Below, piece by piece: positions 57,774 to 64,000 of a stretch of DNA of 64,000 bases. Numbering within the stretch: position 1 is the stretch's first letter; every line of letters begins with the position of its first letter. Source of the stretch: Eledone cirrhosa (taxonomy: Eukaryota). The notes below the pieces were generated by a model. It searched no databases. It saw only the letters and a program-made list of their open reading frames with translations, and was not told where the DNA came from. A program made the position numbers and the translations under genes. Location of the stretch: NCBI GenBank assembly GCA_964016885.1, contig OZ024747.1, positions 62,620,001 to 62,684,000 of the forward strand. The letters are read 5' to 3'.

Positions 57774-57850
57774 AGTGGTAGTGGTGGTGGTAATAGTAGT
57801 AGTGGTTGTGGTAGTAATAGTAGTAGTAGTAGTATTAGTACTAGTAGTAA

Positions 57851-57913
<63 letters not shown>

Positions 57914-57986
57914 TAGTAGTAATAGTAGTAGTAGTAGTGGTAGTAGTAGTAGTAATAGTAGTAGTAGTGGTAGTAGTAGTAGTAAT
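57340..57986. repeat. (GAT)n then (AGT)n/(GGT)n trinucleotide repeats
   Basis: Simple triplet repeats. Confidence 0.9.
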
Positions 57987-58175
57987 ATGGGAAGGAGCAG
58001 AAGGAAAAAGAAGCCGAAAGTGATTTCTCTAGTCTACGAACACATTGAGAGGGTTCGTTATTTCCGTTTCCAGTATCTTGACTGTGGAACGCCATTAGCG
58101 AAGTAAAACTGAAGGAGGGTAAGATGTAAGATTAAATTAGTCAAATAAGGACATACGTGAATAATGACAATAATA

Positions 58176-58367
58176 ATAATTGTTCCTACTATTGGCACAA
58201 GGCCAGCAATTAACCAGTGCATTACTGGTACTTTATTTTATTGACCTCGTAAGGATGAAAGGCAAAGTTAACCTCGGCGGGATTTGAACTCAGAATGGAA
58301 AGGGCCGTAACTCTATGCGTCAAAGCATGGCGTCCGACCCTCTACTGATAGTGCCAATCCACCGCCC
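58176..58367 (-). mobile_element. SINE family 1 copy
   Basis: Full-length match to the family consensus. Confidence 0.9.
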
Positions 58368-58429
58368 TAGTAATAATAATAATGATGATGATGATGATGG
58401 TGATGGTGATGATGATGATAATGATGATG

Positions 58430-58746
58430 ATTTCTTTATTAACCACAAGGTTTACATAAAGGAAAACATTAAGGACGGGAAGGGACGATACAAGTATGGG
58501 TTTCTGCAAGTACAAAAGGAACCACAATAACAATAACAAAAGATGCAACAAATAAATAATAGAAACAAAACAAAATTCCTAATAGGGGGAGACCACCGAG
58601 GGTTACTCGTGGAGAAAGCCCACAAAAGCCACATCACCCTGACCACCAGGGCAAGTACCCTCTCCCAGGTGTCCTCCCTCAATCTACAGGTACAAGCTCA
58701 GAGCAAGCCCATTCACTCGGACCATTCTCGCCCCTTTCATCCACCT
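58430..58746 (-). mobile_element. Tx1/L1-like LINE 3' end
   Basis: Minus strand RWMKGARMVRVNGLALSLYL-stop, then a UTR ending AATAAAGAAA plus (TCA)n; second copy at 49968. The clade assignment is tentative. Confidence 0.55.
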
Positions 58747-60209
58747 TTCAACTACAACGATGATGATGACTTATTTTAAGTGAAAATGTATTTCCATTAG
58801 CTGAATGGTGTTTAGTAATTTTAAACTGGAACTTTAACACACTTTGTGTTGAAGGTTTTTTTTTTTTTGACTAGAAGACGATAGTAATAACAAGAATAAC
58901 AATATTTACTACTACTACCACTACTACTACTACTATTTGCACCAGCACACACCCCACGACGACGCCGACCACCACCACCACCACCATCTCTACGACAACT
59001 AGTATTCTTGTGGTTTTTAAAGAGTATGTTTGTTTAATTTTCAACGCTTCCTAAATGGGTTCACTGTGGAGAGTTTAGGAAACGAATGGATTTTGTTGTC
59101 CATTTTATGTTCTATATGTAGAAACGGAATGACTAAGGAGTTACCTACTGAGTTATAAGTTCAGACATATTTGACTTATGTTGTTTTTAATAGCCATTGC
59201 ATAAGTGTTGTTGCTTAGAGATAAGGAACGTACTAGAAAACACATAAATATAAATGTTAATGCTTATTCTACGTACGTTCAATTTTGGTAATGTGTTGTT
59301 TTATTTATTCTTTGTAGTTTTTTTTTTTTTTTTGTATTTTCTACTCGAATTCCTATTGTGTGTTTTATATTTACTTATCTCTTCCAGAAAGGTTTGGAGA
59401 ATTCGGAAAATTAATGGATTAGACATTTCAACAAGTTGATGGAGTAATATCCGGAAAAACTTAGAAGCTGGTGTTTACCTTCCCCCCAAGTAACATCACT
59501 ACTCTTTTTCTTCTTCACAGTCTTAACAAACGACATCACCCGAAACATTATATTTAAAAGATATTTAGACAAATGAACGTATCAACCCTTGTACGAATTT
59601 CCTATTAACAACTAAATATTTTTGGTAATAGAATTTATTCCCTTCTACATAAATGTGTAAATAAATGTGGCAAAGATGAGAGCAATATTTTCTGCTTTAA
59701 TGTTAAATCCATTAAAGAAATTCATTAGAAAAATAAGTTGTATGAGATGAACTGTCAATGAATATATTCTAGACACGAAATGGAAATATTCTTTGCTATC
59801 TAATTTACGTAATTCCTTAAAGATCGTCGGCTTTTCGCGACAATTGCATCAAGGAAAACTGATTCATAAGTACCCGTCTCTTTACTTGTTAATGAAGGAG
59901 ATTGTTTTACTATTTTTAGTAGGTCGAGGGATCATTCTGAGGCAATCTAATTGGCTCGCAGGTCTATGATCTTGTTCAATCGAAAGTACGACCTTACGAT
60001 CGATAGCTCAACAGTGTAACCATTAGGCACACTTTCCACAAAATGAAACACAAACCATATTAGCAGCCGATAAATTATCATAGCAAAATATTCTACATGT
60101 TAGCAAGGAAAGAATAATTATATATGTTTACACACACGCACACATACATATTTATATATACACACACACACACACGTATGTATATATATATATATATACA
60201 CATACACAA

Positions 60210-60244
<35 letters not shown>

Positions 60245-60962
60245 CGCTGTAATATAAAAGAACAAAGAGATCGTTTAGTTTGTACGGCGCCAGTAATATT
60301 GATGCAGAAATAATTAGAAAACTACCTGAATATTATATAAAACAATGAGAAGGTTTTATACGTTATTAATTTGCTGTGATTGATGATGAATTTGTTTTTT
60401 TCTATCGCTTTTAAATACCAGAACAATATTCGATATTTCTATAATAGATTTCTCACGTAAGTATGAGACTTCATCCATTTTGAATCTCAAATAATTCAGT
60501 CTGTTTTTAATGTTATTGTAATAATGACCCTCCCCTAATTAACTCTTAATACTCCATCTTATATCAGACTGAATTGATACCATTCTTTTCACAAAATATT
60601 TATTCAAATAGAACTATTATTTTAATAGTTTTTCTAAAGATAATTTGTGTTCTCTCAACATATTTTATTCTATCGATTTATCATTGTTGAATTTTGAATA
60701 ACTATTTTTTTAAAATTATTATTTAGATTCAAATGTTATTTTATAAATTATTTTGCTTTCATCAGAAATATGAAATGGGTTGTTTATTTCGATTAATTTA
60801 ATTTTTTAAATACTATAAAATAAATTTAAGAACGAAGTCATAAAAAATCTATTTCATTGATATGGTGAAAAAAAAATTAAATACCGTATATATAAATATA
60901 TATACACATACATGTATGTCCGTATACATATGTTTACATATATACATGGATATTAATACATG

Positions 60963-61038
<76 letters not shown>

Positions 61039-61172
61039 TATATATATACGGTATTTAATTTTTTTTTCATAATTATTATTACTACATATACTATATATAT
61101 ACACGGTATTTTTGTTTTCATAATTATTATTACTATATATACAGTTTATAAATATATATATATATATAATAC

Positions 61173-61360
61173 AATTGTTTCTACTTTTGACACAAGGCCA
61201 GCAATTATCCCAGTGTATTACTGGTACTTTATTTTATCGACCCCGTAAGGATGAAAGGCAAAGTTAACCTCGGCGAGATTTGAACTCAGACCATAAAGGG
61301 CCGTAGCTCTTTGCTGAAAAGCATCATGTCCGACCCGCTACCGATACTGCCAATCCACCG
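61173..61360 (-). mobile_element. SINE family 1 copy
   Basis: Full-length match to the family consensus. Confidence 0.9.
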
Positions 61361-61525
61361 TAATAGTAATATTAATGAGAATAAATTTTACTCATTTACC
61401 AGGTATTTTTTTAGCTTAATGGTTTGATAGGTTCATTTAAAGCCAGTCCATAATTACAATGTCCTTATAAAATAAATAGAACTTTTACATGTCGAACTTT
61501 TAATTTTGGCTTATAAGTACATTGC

Positions 61526-61652
<127 letters not shown>

Positions 61653-61734
61653 TATATTACAAAATTAGCAACAGAAACGGCACACTACATGGAAGAAATA
61701 TATTAGTTTAACGCTTGAAATAGCAGGAAGAGAG

Positions 61735-61770
61735 TCGTAACGTTTCGGACACTAGTTCTTCATCAGAAGA
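61735..61770 (-). ncRNA. Minimal type I hammerhead (dimer type) in a pLTR-like element at ~61660-61885
   Basis: UCUU-CUGAUGA-A-GAAC-UAGU-GUCC-GAAA-CG-UU/ACGA; one mismatch each in helices I and II. Confidence 0.65.
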
Positions 61771-62230
61771 TAGAGTTAGAAATAGAAGATAAATAGAAAG
61801 TAAAGAGTGATGAGAGGAGAGAACGGGAGAAGATGAGAACAAAATTGGAGAGAAAAAAAACAGACATGTGCATATTCAGTCGGCGATCTCATATGTATCG
61901 ATATGTATGTATGTATAACTTCTACACCTAACGATTATCTAGTATCAAGAAAAAAAACCCACCCCAAACCACATACACATTATCATATCGTTAATGTAAT
62001 AAAGGATTATAATGTGTTTCTTTAAGAGAGGCTAAGTTAACTAGATATTGACTAAAGTCAAACAATCAATAATGTGTTAGGTCGTATTTTATCACCAATG
62101 CTGCTATTTATCCTCAGCCAAAGTATTTAACACTCAATTTTGTAAGCTACATGTACCGTATGAAGTCGTTGCCTAACTCTTAAGCTGGCAATTTCCAGTT
62201 ATAATTCCCCACTACAGCAGTAAAATTGCG

Positions 62231-62341
62231 TGGCCTAGTGGTTAAAGTGTTGGACTTACGGTCATAAGGTCGTGGGATCAATATCTGGAGCGGAGAGCAC
62301 GTTGTTTTCTTGAAAGAAATACCTCATTACACGTTGCTCCC
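62231..62341 (+). mobile_element. SINE family 2, 5' part
   Basis: GTGGCCTAGTGGTTAAAGTGTTGGACTTACGGTCATAAGGTCGTGGGATCAAT. Confidence 0.7.
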
Positions 62342-63086
62342 CTACTATTAGTTGGGGCTGGTTGATAGCTTTAGCCATGGAAAAACAATAGAAATATTAC
62401 TCTCGTGACCCGCTCATATCCTTTTACTTCTAACAGTAGAAAATATCTCTAATAACCGGCGTCATTCGCTAGAACAAAAATCATCTTTGTTTAATTAGCT
62501 ACCGAAGACAAATACAAGATTTAACTCGGAACTGACTTCAGATGTCTGTGATTGGAAATAATTATAATTGAATTTTGTACGCTTTCATGTGAAAGTTTTT
62601 TTCAGCAGAATCGTATGCACAGTAGACTTTTGAAAGCCACATCTTTAAAGATGACCGTCATAATGTTTTTCTTGGACTTTCCACAAAGGCGGCTTGTTCT
62701 AGAGGTGGTACTTTCATTATAATTTCTAGCTGTAAGTCAGCATGGCGGCATTCCAAGGATGGAATATATACAAGAATAAGAAAATATACTTTCATGCCTG
62801 ATAATAGAGTCAAATGGATTCTTAAGGGGTTTTGGGTTATAATGTCTACTTTGGTATAAACCATAACTGAATTGTAGCCATAGTTAGGACACATAACTTG
62901 TCTACTGAGTTTTAAATAGATCATGTCATGTGCTCTTAACACCCGGTGGAATCATAGGGGAGGTGGGGGGGGGGGTCATCTTTACATAGGGCGTGTTTTG
63001 AACATTTAAACCTGGAAGAGCTCATCACTTTCCAGGTCGGAGACATACATATAGACACACAAACAATAAAAGAAAAAAAAAACGAA

Positions 63087-63165
<79 letters not shown>

Positions 63166-63545
63166 TAGAGAGAGGAAGAATCCAACCTACTTTTGAGTTA
63201 CCACTATATTTAGCGACATCGAAATGATGAAAAGCAAAGTTGTCCTCGGAGGGATTTGTACTCAGAGTGTCGAGAGCTGGAGTAAGTACCACAAAGCATT
63301 CTATCCAACATTCCAACGACTCTATTACTTCACCATCTTTTTGATTTAATTACTTCAGTAGAAGATTTTGAACCCCGACTGAAAGCAATGAAAACCTTAT
63401 TTTCATAATAGGGCAAACTTTGAATTTCATTTTTCTGGAGTTTGATGAAATAAAGTACCGACCATTTATTAAGACTAATATAAGAAATTGATACTGGTGA
63501 CTCCCTTGTATCATCAAAAAAGAGACTACAGCTGAGAACAAATCT

Positions 63546-63780
63546 TTAGGGATGGTTGCACTTTAGGCGTGTGTGAGAGTGCATTCTTCTTGTGATGCTA
63601 AACTCCGCCAGTTGCAGACTGCGCATCAACATGTGATATCTCTCTCCACGAAGTTCGATCACCAGCAGCAGAGTTCTAAGAGCAAGAGTGCATTCACTAA
63701 CATCTAAAGTATTCCTTCCTGTGAAGTGTAAGTTACCACAGCGTTGAAAGCGATGATGGTCTCCTCTATATTTCCTCATG
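63546..63780 (-). pseudogene. Possible decayed RTE-type LINE C-terminus
   Basis: An alternative frame reads SAAGDRTSWRE, similar to the A.DR..WR terminal motif; multiple frameshifts. Confidence 0.35.
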
Positions 63781-64000
63781 TATTATTTTTGTATGTGAGC
63801 ATTTATGAACAGGGATGTGAGTGTATAAATATTGGACATAAACTATGAATCTTATACACAATTTTGACACTTTCATTCTCTCGAAAACTTTCTTTGCTTC
63901 TTGCCTTCAGTTAATTGTATGTGTGTGTATATATTAGGACTGTACCGATAAGCACATTCGCTGATTACGGATTAATCGGCATTGCCTTATCCATCGATAA

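Noticed and set aside
59388-59490. Exon-like segment after TCTCTTCCAG (similar case at ~58033-58118)
   Set aside because: Stops occur in all three frames; a non-coding exon cannot be supported without RNA data.

Overview
AT-rich, microsatellite-saturated eukaryotic DNA with no confidently identifiable host gene. The dominant tRNA-derived SINE resembles octopod cephalopod SINEs (inference from memory of the family, not a search). Most ORFs in the track are translations of (TA)n, (CA)n, (GAA)n or (GGT)n repeats. The real content is mobile DNA: one 5'-truncated but open Penelope-like element (RT plus C-terminal GIY-YIG, Naiad-like) ending in a hammerhead ribozyme; about 25 copies of one SINE family and 3 of a second; 2-3 non-autonomous Helitrons; mariner, hAT and Tigger-type MITEs; and CR1, RTE and Tx1-like LINE 3' fragments. 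The main hidden layer is 15 or more type I hammerhead motifs from several distinct Penelope pLTR-like families, mostly beside (TA)n tracts. Two apparently unrelated families carry a U3-A8 core (UUGANAA) in place of C3-G8. Several remnants are fold-back palindromes with their apex in hammerhead helix II, and many share a short subterminal motif. All structures were folded by eye, and coordinates of degenerate elements are approximate.
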